The translations under genes were made by a program, and so were the position numbers. This document shows positions 40,310-52,837 of a stretch of DNA of 64,000 nt, piece by piece. Source of the DNA: Callorhinchus milii (taxonomy: Eukaryota); contig NW_024704743.1 in NCBI RefSeq assembly GCF_018977255.1, forward strand, positions 20,152,001-20,216,000, read 5' to 3'. Below the pieces are notes generated by a model that saw nothing but the letters and a program-made list of their open reading frames with translations, did not search any database and was not told the DNA's origin. The stretch's first letter is position 1. Each line of letters starts with the position of its first letter.

Positions 40310-40610
40310 GAGTTGACAAAGGTTCAATCTCTGGATTTGTGTATAGTTGGCCAAAACCAACGAGGCAAGACTTAAGTGTTAGAATTACCCTTAGCATCCA
40401 GGATGGTTGAAGGGAAAATCAAGCAGGGTTCCTGTTCCTGATCTCCAGCTAGTAAACCCTGCTGGAAAGTGCACTTGTGATTGTTAGCTGAAGTCTGGAT
40501 TCCGCTTGCTTGCGATTGCTTTCTTCTCCACACCCCATTTTAAATAGCCTGGTGATGTTTACTGTCTTGACGTACATGAAGAATAAGGACTTGAGTGAGA
40601 CATTGGAAGG
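40310..40610 (+). mobile_element. AmnSINE2-like ancient SINE
   Basis: gggaaaatcaagcagggttcctgttcctgatc...cctgctggaaagtgc...aatagcctg...catgaagaat resembles my recollection of the AmnSINE2 consensus. Related pieces at about 19085, 23170 and 52570-52795. Confidence 0.55.
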
Positions 40611-40685
40611 AAGATGAACCTGTATCCCTCTTTATACCCCTCTTCCAGAGCAGCGGTGTATGGAATTTTCAATTGTGAGACTAAA

Positions 40686-40992
40686 GTGGAGCCTTGTAGC
40701 TCAGTGGTTAGAGCACTCGCCTTGCAAGCGAGAGACTTGGGTTCGATTCCTGGCAGGGTGAAATCTTGGGCAAGTTTCCTTACGCCACACGCCTGATAAT
40801 AATCCCTCAAGAAAAAAAACAGTAATAGTTTGGTCACTCAGTCCACGACTGTTTGTGAGACACTGCTGTACGCAATTGGCTGCTGAGTTTCGCCCACAAA
40901 TAGTATACAATCAATTCACTTCACAGCATATTCTGCAGACATGTAGAAGACATGAAAAGTGCTATATCATATGCAAGGATTATTATTATTAT
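40686..40992 (+). mobile_element. tRNA-derived SINE, short form
   Basis: Intact A and B boxes; (tta)n tail. Confidence 0.92.
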
Positions 40993-41234
40993 AAAACTGT
41001 TATTAAAACATACCTTATAAAAAGCTTGTTGAATGTCTGGTGGGTATCAAATTGAGGGTTGAGATGATTGATTGCTCTGTGGGACATGATACCTCCTGAG
41101 CTGCTGGAACCATGAAAATATAATGGAAAGGAATGCAACCAGTCAGGGCAGAATAATGCAAAACGTAAGGTTTGATAGATGTTCTAAAGTTTTGCTTGAT
41201 TTACCAGGAAGCGTTCCAGGGGGTGGGGGGCATG

Positions 41235-41572
41235 TAATCCTTGCCTTTGATATAGGGCCTTATCGTGCCTTCGAGACGTCTCATAGTGCTTCACAAAATA
41301 TATTATAAAGTGAATTTTGTAGGTGAAACGCGGCAGTCAGTTGCGCACAGCAGTGTCCCACAAACCGTTGTGGATTGAGTGACCAATTGTTATTTTTTGA
41401 AGGGATTATTACCCCTAGAAACAGATTATTACACCAATCAACTAACAACTGGGTTTCTACTTACTGCTAGGTAAATGGATGCGTGTGGAGTAAGGAAACT
41501 TACTTGCTTGTCCGGGAATCAAACCCAGGTCCTCTCATTTCCGAGGCAAGTGCTCTAACCGCTAAGCTACAG
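41235..41572 (-). mobile_element. tRNA-derived SINE, long form
   Basis: Reverse-complement match to the family, including the extra internal block. Confidence 0.88.
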
Positions 41573-43771
41573 TCATTACTTTCAGTGTAGTCACCCTGAA
41601 TACTGTAAGTGAACACGGCAGTCAATTTGTGCACAGCAGTGTCCCACAAATGACCAGAAGGCCATCAGTATAACTGGAAATTGGTCTCCAGGACACTGGG
41701 AGAAACTTCCTTCTCTGTTCAAATAGTGCTTTGGGTTCTTTGACATCCATCAGATCAGGCAGACAGTATATTGGCACTTCCAATATTGTAAAGTTCCTCC
41801 AATTCCAAGTCTCCGATTTAGTGATTTCGCAACCGTTTGCGTAAAGGAATACTTCTGTAAATGCTCAGGTCCAACAGTTTTAGTTTCTAATTTAAAGCTA
41901 TGGTTCTCCCTTGTAATGGGTTCTTTCTTTCCAGAGGCAGAGTCTTCCACTATATAACTTGTCCATTCCTTTATTTTAATTGCCTCAATCAAATCATCCG
42001 GTAACTGACTCTGCTTCAGAGATACTCAAGCATTCTGGAACAAGCAAGTTGTTATGACTGATGCCAAAAAATAATGTTGGCAACATCCATGCGGCAATCC
42101 ATGCTTGCCAAAATTCTTTTAATTTTGTAAATAAATATATGTGCATTTAAACCAACAATGGGAAAAATTGCGCTTGTGCATTTAACCTTGTGGGTTACGT
42201 TTGTGTCAGTTCTTAGGGGTGAAATGTGGCCAGTGAGACATCAGAAAAATTGTTACGTAGTTTTGCCGGATCAAAGATGGAGCGTTGTACTATTTGTTCA
42301 AATTTTCATCTTGCTGTAGAAGTGAATGTAGATTTTTTTTAGGTAACAAACCATGCGTTTATTACTCACAATATGCTTTCGGATATGGTCAGAAATTGAT
42401 CCTGTTCCAGAATACATAAAGGGCACAATAAATGTCAATGCTTTTTCATGTAATCGTCATTATTATTGCATCAGTCTGTGAAATGAGAATAGGAATCTCT
42501 TAACATATCAGGAGCTTCAGTGTTTTAAATCTTATAACTTGCCTTTTGAACCGATTGCACAAGCAGTGAAAACTGGACAGTTTTCCCATGTACATTGTTT
42601 AATGCATGACGAGAAGTGTCCCAATTTGCATTGTTTAATAATAAAAAAATCCTGTTCAGATATAATGTACAGCCTCTGGTATCCATTAAACACCAATCAA
42701 TATGACTTTTTTTAATTGAGAGGCATTAATCACACTAGTGGCTTAAATTGCCTTGTGACAAATACAGCAATAAGAGTTGTTACCTGTACCTTTTAAAATT
42801 CTGATCTGCTCCACAATTTGTCATAATTATTGGCATTATCTTGTAATTCAAGTAATAAGACAATGTAAAATGCAGCTTTGCTTAAATGTAAAAATATTGA
42901 ACAATTACAGGAGAGAGGCCAATATCTACCTGCTGTATGGCAGCATGTTTGCCTACAAAATAGTCACTACACTTCGCAGTTAAAAACCTGTGACGAACCT
43001 GAAATGTTTTGATGCTGTGATAAGGAATTATATCAGATGCAAGGATTATTATTATACTGCCCACTTATCCACAGCACGGCTGACACCAAGAAATAATGTT
43101 GGCAACATCCATGCAGCAATCCATGCTCGTCAAAATTCTTTTAACTGTGTAAACAAATGAATGTGCATTTCAACCAAGAATGGGAAAATTTGCACTTGTG
43201 CATTTAAACTAGCAGGTTATGGTTGTGTTTGGAGATCTGATACAGAATTTTAACAGAAACTTTCTGGTGGACGAAGTTTTGTTTGTCTCTTCAATATATT
43301 TTGATGGATGACGTGATATCCAAAATGCAGTGGGACCCATTGTGAACGTCAGGCTTTGGACTGCAGACAATCTTTTTATTCGTTTATAATAAAACTAGCG
43401 TTAGAAAATATTGCATCATTAAATGAGATGCTGTTTATTTATGAAATTTACCTTTGTGAACATTGCTTGTTATTTGTCAGTAATTTGCTGTATACGAGTA
43501 GCTGTGAAATTTTCTCAGTGTCGCGTTGGAGAGAAAGGGCTCCAATCTTGTTCGCTCTTATCCAAGTATATTTGGATTGATATGAACTGCCCGATTCCCC
43601 ATTTTGCGTGTCTTAGCAAGGGATAACAGACATCGGTGTGGTGTTGACTTTGGTAATTTCGATAACTAGGCATTTAACTGTTGTTTCAATACGTCTTCAC
43701 AGCAACTTAGCCAAGTTTGGAAATTCAGCTTTGTGCAAAACATTTTATATTCTATTGATTTCTTTGTGCAG

Positions 43772-43864
43772 AAACAGAAGGACAGAGATAAATTTAGGCA
43801 AAAGCCGAAAAAAAGTTTAGACTCCTCATCTACAGTTCCTTCTCTGACTGTAACAACTGAAAAG
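43772..43864 (+). CDS. MLLT10: MLLT10 coding exon, 93 nt (KQKDRDKFRQKPKKSLDSSSTVPSLTVTTEK)
   Basis: Acceptor tttgtgcag|AAA, donor AAG|gtgagt; phase 0 to 0; VPSLTVTTEK matches AF10. Confidence 0.92.
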
Positions 43865-44834
43865 GTGAGTTGTAATAAGTATTAAAATGCAAATAGAAGG
43901 ATGTATTCTGTTTGTCATGGAATAAAATAAAAAATATAAATTTACTGTCACATTTATAGTAAAATTTTAAAATATGTTCAGGTATCTTTAGCTTTATGCT
44001 ACACCAAAGGGGTGATTTCCCACATGTGAGTAAATGCATCGACCATGGTGATGTGAGTTTATAATGAGATTTTCCAACTCGTTTCTGTCTTTCTATTTTT
44101 GAACAAAGAAATCAGTAAATTTCACCAAGTTTGTTAAAATACTTGTTGACCAGTACGGAATATGTACTTGCCTGTCAAGGTTAGTAAATCTTACCCACAG
44201 AATGTTCCTCCCACCCTAAAGTGAGGGAAACAACTAAACCTCAATATAGGTGATATTTATTGACTTTCCCCATAAGGCTAATCCAGTAAAACTCCAGAAT
44301 CATATTCTACCTGATTATATTTTTTATCTCCCCAAAAGGCTGAACAAGAAAAACTCTGGAATAATATTCTAACTGTAAAACTCAAAACATATAACCTATT
44401 TATGGTGTTAGTACAGATTCCCTTACCCTTGTTCAGCAGGAATCCAGCCCAGATGTTTTGCAATAAGTCTCATAAGAAATGTATCCTAAATTAACATAGA
44501 TAAATTGTACACATAGCCTATTAAAGAAGTACAAATTAAAAATTTAAGAGGAGTATGGTAATTTAATTTTAGTCACTTCCCAGCACTTTGCAGGATTAAG
44601 ATATTTATGTTCTGCCCTAGGTGACCCCTTTATAATGTGGTCATCTAGGCCCAGTGTCTCAGGCCTCATGTTGAAAAGGAGCATATGATAAAATAGTCAG
44701 ACAACTGTCTGGTTTGTTAACTGCCTTAATTTTGAAGTGTTCGGTTACTAATGGTTCTCTGTTAGCATCAAGTATCTTTCTCATTGTCTAACCATGCACT
44801 TTTATGCTCTGCATTCCGATGTGCTTATCTTTAG

Positions 44835-45096
44835 ACCTACACAAGCCCTAGCAGTAGCTTTATGCCCGGCTCATTGAAGAGGCTGGAAGAAACCACAGCT
44901 CGATTTACAAATGTAAATTTCCAGGAAGTATCTGCTCGCCCTTCAAGTGGGAATGAAGGTTCAGAGGTCAAAGTGTTGGAGGTCAAGGGGAAGAAGACTG
45001 GAGGTCACAGTTCTGGTCAGAGGGGAAGGAAACCAGGCAATGGAAAGAATTCAGCTTGTGGGCCTGCAACAGGATCACCAAACTCTTTTCCACAAG
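44835..45096 (+). CDS. MLLT10: MLLT10 coding exon, 262 nt (TYTSPSSSFMPGSLKRLEETTARFTN...SFPQ)
   Basis: Acceptor tctttag|ACC, donor CAAG|gtatgc; phase 0 to 1; overlaps ORF 44862..45158. Confidence 0.95.
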
Positions 45097-45884
45097 GTAT
45101 GCTTAGAGTGACTACCAGTTGTCCGAACTATTTTTGCTTTCATAATGTTAATTTATAGCCATTTATTTTGTGATGGTTGACGAGTAATTATCTTTTTTTA
45201 AAAGAAGCTGTTAGCTTTTTGAGTCATTTCTCAGTTCCACCATTGACCAGGTTTACTTCAGTTGTCAGTTTTAGTGAGTAGAAAAAGTAATAGATAACTG
45301 CTGAAGTAGCGCAAGTTTTTTGTCACCTAAATTAGCAATATAACAATATAGGACTTCAGTGCATGATTTACAGATAAACTTGTATCGGAATTGATGCACA
45401 TAAATTGTAAAGCTCAGTGGTGTTACGGTAAATTCCTGATAACCTTGGCTTAATTTGTCACTTGTACTTCATGATGTCAATACCCTGGCTGCATTTGTTT
45501 ATGTATTTATACGGTTGCCTAACTTGCCACTCTGGATATCTCTTCATTGAGCCCTTTTACCTCGGAATGATGACTTATCAAGTGTATAAATGTATATTGA
45601 CGATTATTATGCAGAGACCTTCTACAATTTTCTGAATCTCTACGAATCCTGTTTTAAGTATTATATTCATATTGCGGTCAAAATTGCAGAATTCCTAAAC
45701 TAATTCTAGTATTTAAGGAACATTGTTAAAATGCATTCTGAAATTCCCTCAGCTTCTAAATAATGGTAATCGAGCTTGGGTGAAAAGTCCAGGGTGCTAC
45801 CATCTGGGAGTTCAGATAATTTTTCAATCACTAGAATCTGCCATTCCATGCTTACTTTACTTTTAATCTGTAAAGTTAAACACA

Positions 45885-46330
45885 TCACGTCTCATGTCGG
45901 GAGGACATCTCAAAGCGCTTGACATTTTTGCCTGGGCATCCAAGGAGATTGGGAGTCAGATAGGTTGGGGAAGGGAAAGAAAATCAAAAATATAGCAGAA
46001 GAGGTATTTCTTAATGTAGGCCTTGAATGAGGGAGGGAATGAATTGGAGAGATTCAATTGGAAAATGGAGTTCCAGATAGATCCCAGAGTGGGATAGAAT
46101 GGCTGAAAACATGCCCGCCTGTGGTGGAGTGGATAGAGTGGGACACTTGAAGCAGGCAAGTGTTTTCTGAGCAAAAGAAGTGTTGGGGTTGTAGGAGGAC
46201 TCAAGAAATAGAATGAGGTGGAGCTGTGGAAGGAATTAAAGATGAGAATAAAGATTTTGTATTTGATTTGCTGGAGGATGGGGAGCCAAGAAAGGGAGGA
46301 GTTGAAAGGCTCACAGAGCCTGGTGCTCCT
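45885..46330 (-). mobile_element. Old L2 3' fragment
   Basis: ORF 45956..46360: SLSWLPILQQIKYKIFILIFNSFH. Confidence 0.7.
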
Positions 46331-46608
46331 AAATCCAATCCTTTCTTCATGTTTCAACACGTGCTATGCACCATCTAGCAACTGTTTCTGAACAGTGATC
46401 TAGAGCAGGAACTTTGATAGTTATCAAGCAAATTTGAATTTCGATGTTTAGGTTTGCAACCTGCAATCTATGGGTATACACTCTACCCAGCCTTAAACCA
46501 CTACACCGTCTCGGATGTGTTTAATGTTCTTTCTTATAAAAAGATTTAGAGACCATTACAATTGATTTGTGTAGCCTTGGCAGTTCTAAATATTTTGTTT
46601 TCTTGCAG

Positions 46609-47211
46609 GCAGTCTATTGGGAACCGCCAGTAGTGTAAAGTCACCTTCTGGCAGTTCAGTTCAATCACCACAAGAGTTTCAAAGTTTCACTGAGTCAGAT
46701 CTGCGAAATGATACTTGTGTTCATCCACAGCCATCCTCAACCAGAGAGACAATTAAAGGAGAAATTGTAGAGCAAGAAGGGACCTTGATAAACATTAGTC
46801 CTTTACTGAACCTCCCATCCACGTCTTCTGGGCTTTCCCAAACAAACATTGAAAACTCAAAACATTCTGAGAACAGTCATGGAGATTATGGTGTCTCTGA
46901 CGCTACTGCTATTACTTCAAGTGGAGCACCAGGCTTTAAAAGAGCACAGGCTTCAATTATGGAGGAAGAGACGATAAAAGAAAAGAAGAGAAAAGGGAGT
47001 AAAAAGTACAAGCATGGGCCTGGAAGACCAAAGGGGAGTAAAAATAAAGAAAGTATTTCCCAGCACTCAGTTTCTTCTGCCTCACCATCATCATCATCTG
47101 TGACATCAGCTGCTGGAAGTGTGGCAAGTGCAAACCTCCAGAAATCTCCATCATTACTGAGGAATGGTAGTTTACAAAATCTCAGTGTCAGCTCATCTCC
47201 AGCTGGGTCAG
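46609..47211 (+). CDS. MLLT10: MLLT10 coding exon, 603 nt; Ser-rich region with basic NLS-like stretch and AT-hook (GPGRPKG, about 47016-47036)
   Basis: Acceptor tcttgcag|GC, donor TCAG|gtgggt; phase 1 to 1; ORF 46617..47285. Confidence 0.95.
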
Positions 47212-49429
47212 GTGGGTGTTTGTCAGCTTTGAATACGCAGTTTATTATATGCACGTTGCAAAATGGTTTAGCTTATTTTAACTGAATAAATGCTTTTTAA
47301 AAGAAATGAAAACAAAATTTTGATGATCAATATTGTTGCTTGCTTGGAGAAAGGAAGGTTTAACCTGTAGAAGAATTAATCTGGTACATTTGATAGTTTT
47401 ACTTTCCATCTTGACTAAGCTAAACTCTCACAATCTTCTCCATATTCGCCTACTAAACGTGCAGTCATTCTACTTTGAGATGTCTTCTTGATGTGAAAAG
47501 CATTAATACCAAATGTAAGCACTATTATAATGACAAACATATTGACAGATTTCAACAATAGTTAGATTAGGGACTTTTTTTTAAAAAAACTTTTTTTCTC
47601 TACCATAATAAAATACCTGTCTTTTAAATGAAAAGTCGATTGGTGAATGATTTTCTCCATTTTAAAACAAAATCTGAACTTTTTTCGGCTTCTGGGATAT
47701 CTGTGAATTGACATACCCAACTCGCATCTGTATCGAATTACGTAGTTGCTCACTCCAGCTCAAGGAGCCAGTGTAAAATATTGGTATTTTGTTTGATCCT
47801 CTCCATGGCCAAGTCTGCTTCTTCCATCTTTATAACATTGTCAGGAGGCTGATGTAGTAACACAGGTTGACAATGTTATGAAGCTTTGTGAACTCCAAGC
47901 TTAATTTCTCCAAATCCCTGCTCACCTGCTTGTCCAGTTCTACACGACCCAGATTCTCCCTTTGTCTGCTTTCACCCCAACCTTCCCAGGCTCCATGTGC
48001 TTCCTAAACTGTAACATATCAGTTTTAAGATCTTCATCCTTACCTTCAAATACTTTTACAGTCTTGCCCTACCCTCTTTGTGATCTTCTACGGTTCTACT
48101 TTCCTGTTAATGAGCAAGTCTATTTCTGCAACGTACAACATGGTCAGCATATTGGTTGGAATGTGTCTGATCTGTACAAGTGCCAAGATTTTGTAATAGT
48201 TCAATATTTGTATAGTCCTTTAGACCGTGGCCTAGTAATTGACTGAATTCAATTGGTATTTTAAGTCAAAAGATGTAACACTGCTTTGGACCCGGATCAC
48301 TAGCATAATCGTGCATTAATGCACAAATACATATTTATGCCATGCATTATTTCTGAATGTTAAATGTTGGCCTGTTTCCCAGATTATTTAAAAGAGATGG
48401 AAGTATTAGATGTGAAATAAGATATCTGTAACTAGGGATCAGATGAAATTTCTATTTTATTTAAATTAAGGATCATTTCACCCAAAGCCTTACAATTAAC
48501 TTTTGCCAGCATTAGCTGCTTTGAAAACGTAATTAATTGTAAACGATCAGTATGATTCATATACTTAAATTGCATCTGAAATGTTACTGAGGATAGTAAA
48601 GCTTTCAGTGAGAGTCCAAATTTCTTGGTTTAGGTTTGATTTTATCAGCACAAAAACTGAAACAGCATGCAGCTGAGGATATAAGATTATGATGGGTTAA
48701 TTCAGCTGAAATAGAATCTGCAAAGATGATTTTACCTTTGAAGCAAAAGGAACAATCAAAGTAGGCTTTGGTGCTACAGGCCAATATTTAAAGAAATGCT
48801 GCAATTTCTGCTGAGTACATCATTGTAGGAATCTAAACGATTTATACGCACCAGTACATTAAACAAAAAGACGTATCCCAAATGCATTGAATGTCGAGCT
48901 GGCTGAAAACAGCAACTTGTAATTTTGTCACCTTTTTAGTGAGCTTTGTCAAGGTTCTGGCAAAGAATTTGTCAGTGTAATTTCTCCCCCACCCACTCCT
49001 GCCCAGATTGAAAGTACCTGTTTGATTTAACTATTCTGACTATTCTGTTAGACAGAATATTTATGGTGACTTGAATCTTCATGCTTCAGGAAACTTAAAA
49101 TTAATTAGATGTAAGAATTCATGAATCATCAAGTTTTAATGCATTTTCTGGGTCAACAGCAGGCTAGTCTTGTATTAATGTAGTATATGGTAACTCAAGA
49201 AAGCATTGTTTCCTTCTTTACTTGAATAACACTTAAAGCAAAATGATATAAAGCACAAGGAAACTGGGCTTTTAATACGTTTTGATAAGCCATTTGCTTT
49301 GAATCTTTAGTAATTTAGGGGTGTATTATTGAATCGATAGTACAAGGATGGGGGGAAAGGGGGAGAAGAGGAGGTTAGTGGGATCTCCTTTGGGCTGAGC
49401 TGGCATCCAAGGTGACCTGGTTGGAATGC

Positions 49430-49787
49430 AATAATAATAATCCTTGCATTTGATATAGCGCCTTATCACCTCTTTGAGACATCTCAAAGTGTTTCACAGA
49501 ATATACTGTAATGTGGATTGACTTTTTTTTGTGGGCGAAACATGGCAGCCAATTGCACACAGCAGTGTCCCACAAAGTCTGGGATTGAAGTGACCAATGT
49601 TTTTTTGAAGGAGTTACTATCCTGGAAAAGCAGTCTGCTAATTGACTAACAACCGGGTTCCTACTTACTGCTAGGTAAACAGAGGCGTTTGGAGTAAGGA
49701 AACTTGCCCAACATTTCGCCCTGCTGAGAATCGAACCTAGGTCTCTCGTTTGAGAGGCAAGTGCTCTAACTACTGAGCTACAGGACT
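49430..49787 (-). mobile_element. tRNA-derived SINE, long form, full length
   Basis: Ends in ctaactactgagctacaggact (reverse complement of the head); contains the internal block and (taa)n. Confidence 0.92.
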
Positions 49788-50432
49788 ACCCTGTAGGAAT
49801 GTCGGAATCAAGACAACCTTCTGTGGTGGTCTTTGGGTGTCTGGTTCCTAAACCAGGCAGGTTATCCAAGGACCTCAAGGCACCTCTGATGACAGTCTAG
49901 CCAACCAGCCCCATCATCTGGACTTGAGGGGACATGGAGGCAGGAATGCTTTACTTTTGACTCCAGTTAACCTTACAGACGTTGTTTTCTCCTGGGCCTT
50001 GGCTGACCTTAAAATAAATTAGGTAAACAGGGTACGTCCCTCGAGGAAGAAAGTGTGCATTCCAATCCATACGAAAATTTACATGCATTGGTGGCCTACA
50101 TCTGTGGAAATCTGGTTTGAGTACTCTTCAGTATTTTGATGAGTTTGAGCATGTGCCAGACACCCAGCTGACCAAACAAAAAATCAGTTTTTAAATCATG
50201 AAAACTAGGTTTGATGAGGTTTACTTGAGGAACCTTTACTGAAGCATTTTGTAGAAAAGTACTGTGTTAACTTGGATTGTCAATCTATAAAACTAACTCT
50301 CAAAATCCTTTAATTAAACTTTAATTAACTTTAATTAAACTCCATCATTTGAAGAGCGCAGAACCGACTCGTGAGGAACAGTGTCTTTTGCTTTCTACTC
50401 AGCCGCTTTCCCAAGAGTCATTTTATCTAGAG

Positions 50433-51035
50433 CAGGGTTTTTTCAACCCGTGGGTTACGACCCCAAATTAGGTCGCTAGAATGCGCCAAAGGGTTGCGAA
50501 CAGATTTTGAAAAATTTTGCATTTTGTGTTTTTTTAAAAAAATAAACGAATGCTACACTGCGTATTAATGATGTACAGGAGCTTCTGCTGCAAGAACCGC
50601 AGGCTCTAAAATCTCGACCTTCCACAACAATTGATGATTGTAATGGCCGGTCCGCCACTTGTCTTGGCCAGCTGATAATTACAAAGGCCATCAGTTGAAT
50701 TATACGAACTGCCCGTAGGGGTTGTATGAGAACAACAACGCAAGGTAGTGTCCCAGAGTGCTTCTCAGTGGCGGACCACGATGCCGAGAACATTGAGAAT
50801 TTAGATTCTGAGGTTCTTGCGGTTATGTAATGGGTATTTACACTGGAGCGTGTGCCAGTGATTAGCCATCAAATGCAACCTTTCATCATTTGACTGCAAG
50901 AGTTTGGAGTATTAGTCAGAGAAGCAAGTCTTGTAATCAGTGAAAATAGACTATGTTGAGTATGACTTTGAATTGCGCTGCCTGGAATTGCACCAAATGT
51001 TGATAAAACCCATCAAAAAGAAAGCAAGCTCATAC
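50433..51035 (+). mobile_element. hAT (Charlie-like) DNA transposon deletion derivative
   Basis: Starts cagggtttttttcaacc after atctagag (NTCTAGAN-type target). 50800-51035 resembles a decayed hAT C-terminal dimerisation-domain coding region. Right TIR not found. Confidence 0.55.
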
Positions 51036-51759
51036 TTAAGTACTATATTTTAATATTTGCGGCATTTATGTGCTTATGTGCATATTATGTTGTGGGTAAG
51101 AAATATTTACTCAGCTAGATTTTTTTTGTGCTAAAGCTATTTGCTTTTGTGGACCAAACTCAAATATAAAATATTTGTTAGTTTGGTACTGTACTCTAGA
51201 TTTCTTAAAAGTTATCCTTGAAACGAAATTCCCTTCACTCTTATTTTGATTGCTTCCTTTTTTTCCCCCAAGAAGAAATGTGCTTCTTGAGGGAGGGACA
51301 AGTGGCTTTGTTTATTTGATCATAATGAAGGCCTTGTAGTGCCTTGAATGAGACAACCTTAATCAATGCTTGCGTAGGCATTGGAATTAATGACCCTGGG
51401 TTTGAGTTCTGGCTCAGACTCAAATCGTTAAGGAATTCCTTCATCCATCACGTGGCCTTAGACGTACCCTCTTTGGACGTGTGCTGGTGTTTCCTAGGTT
51501 TCAGTAAGATCTACAGTGTTCACATTTTTGCACTTGTCAAAGACCTGTTGTTCAATATCTTTTAACGCCTGTTTGTACTGTTCGGGAGGAAGAGTCAGAA
51601 AACATTCAAGACTAGGTGTTCTAGCATGGGCCTGCCGGGTCTTTGGTGCCTGAAAAACAACCAAAGGGCAACTTGAAACCGGATAAGAAAATGTCACAGT
51701 TAAAATTCCATGTGATGAAAAACATATATTGCTGTTATGCAGGTTTAATAAAAAAAACT

Positions 51760-52135
51760 TCCAATTTATATTAGCACTTTTCACGTTGGGAAGATGCCTC
51801 AAAGTACTCTCAGGATTTACTGTAAAGTGTAGAGACTGTTGTGTGTTGGCTAAAGTGGCAGTCAACTTGAGTACAGCAATGCCCCCAAATACTCAGGAAT
51901 TTTATTGGAGCATTGTTGACCAGGACACAGAGAGAAACTCCTTTCTCTTTTTGAATAGTGCTAAGAGATCTTTAATCTCTCTTAAAGGCATATCGGACCT
52001 CTGTTTAACATCTCATCTGAAGGACAGCAATGTATTAGGAATGGCAGCTTAGACATTAATTCAAAGTGCAGAGGTGGGCTTGAACCCACAATCTTTTGAC
52101 TCTGAGATGAAAGTTCTGCCAACTGAACCAAGCTG
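51760..52135 (-). mobile_element. Deu-type SINE, degraded
   Basis: gtttaacatctcatctgaaggacagca; gggcttgaacccacaatcttttgactctgag. Confidence 0.72.
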
Positions 52136-52308
52136 CCCCGAATCTATCTTAATTTTTTTCAAGAAGATGAAGATTTGTGTCTGAATTTTGAATCTAAATA
52201 ACTTTCAATTGTGCATTTACTTAGTGAATACTTGAGAGGAGCAAGACAGTACATTGGTGCAGAATTTTAAACTGAAATGTATCCAACCTATTTTTCTATT
52301 CTACTCAG

Positions 52309-52484
52309 GAATTTATACAAGTAATGAATTGCCAGTTTCACTGCAGAATGCAGCACCAGGGACAAGCTGCAGCACTCCCATTTCCGGTTCTATTTTACCA
52401 ACACAGAACACAACTCATTCACAACAGATGAATGCATCCCCAGTAGCCACTGTTTCTGCTTCAACTACTGTTACTGCAACCCAG
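52309..52484 (+). CDS. MLLT10: MLLT10 coding exon, 176 nt (GIYTSNELPVSLQNAAPG...TVTATQ)
   Basis: Acceptor ctactcag|GA, donor CAG|gtaaga; phase 1 to 0; resembles human GIYNSNDVAVS...VATTQ. Confidence 0.92.
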
Positions 52485-52837
52485 GTAAGACAGTTCACCA
52501 TGGTCTATTGGTTTAGTGGACCTTTGGTATGGCCAAGGAGAAAGCCATTTGAATTTTTTTAAGATGTTCTGTACTGAGTTAGATGATCCCGGTTGGGATA
52601 CAATTGCCCTCATCCACCCCTGTCTTAGTCTATGTAAAGAAAAACATTGGGCAGAGAGTTCTTGCTCCTCACTGCTGTTTAGTGAGCACCCCACCCCCTT
52701 CTGGAAAATGAGCCGATGTGAAGATTGGACAAGAACAGGAATTGGTCTTATCTATAATTTCTTCCCAAATCGCCTGTTAACACTCACTGTGTTGTTGCCT
52801 CTTTAATATTTACGTGCTGCTCGGGGATAATATCTGA

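Larger units (their letters stand above)
5432..52484 (+). other. MLLT10: MLLT10 (AF10, DOT1L cofactor) gene, internal part: 8 visible coding exons; gene extends beyond both ends
   Basis: Spliced translation gives PZP motifs ([57 protein letters not shown]), followed by AF10-specific segments (GSLKRLEETTARFTN, SVQSPQEF, HGPGRPKG, LQKSPSLLRNGSLQ). Exon order and phases match recalled human MLLT10. Confidence 0.95.

Noticed and set aside
45560..45642. Possible C/D box snoRNA (atgatga...ctga about 65 nt apart)
   Set aside because: Weak terminal stem, no recognisable rRNA guide, and about 1 kb from the 3' splice site. Such motifs arise by chance in AT-rich DNA. snoscan or Rfam would settle it.
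46886..47254. 122-aa antisense ORF
   Set aside because: Shadow of the real MLLT10 exon on the + strand.
50308..50341. ctttaattaa(a) x3 tandem
   Set aside because: Short AT-rich slippage repeat with no evidence of function.
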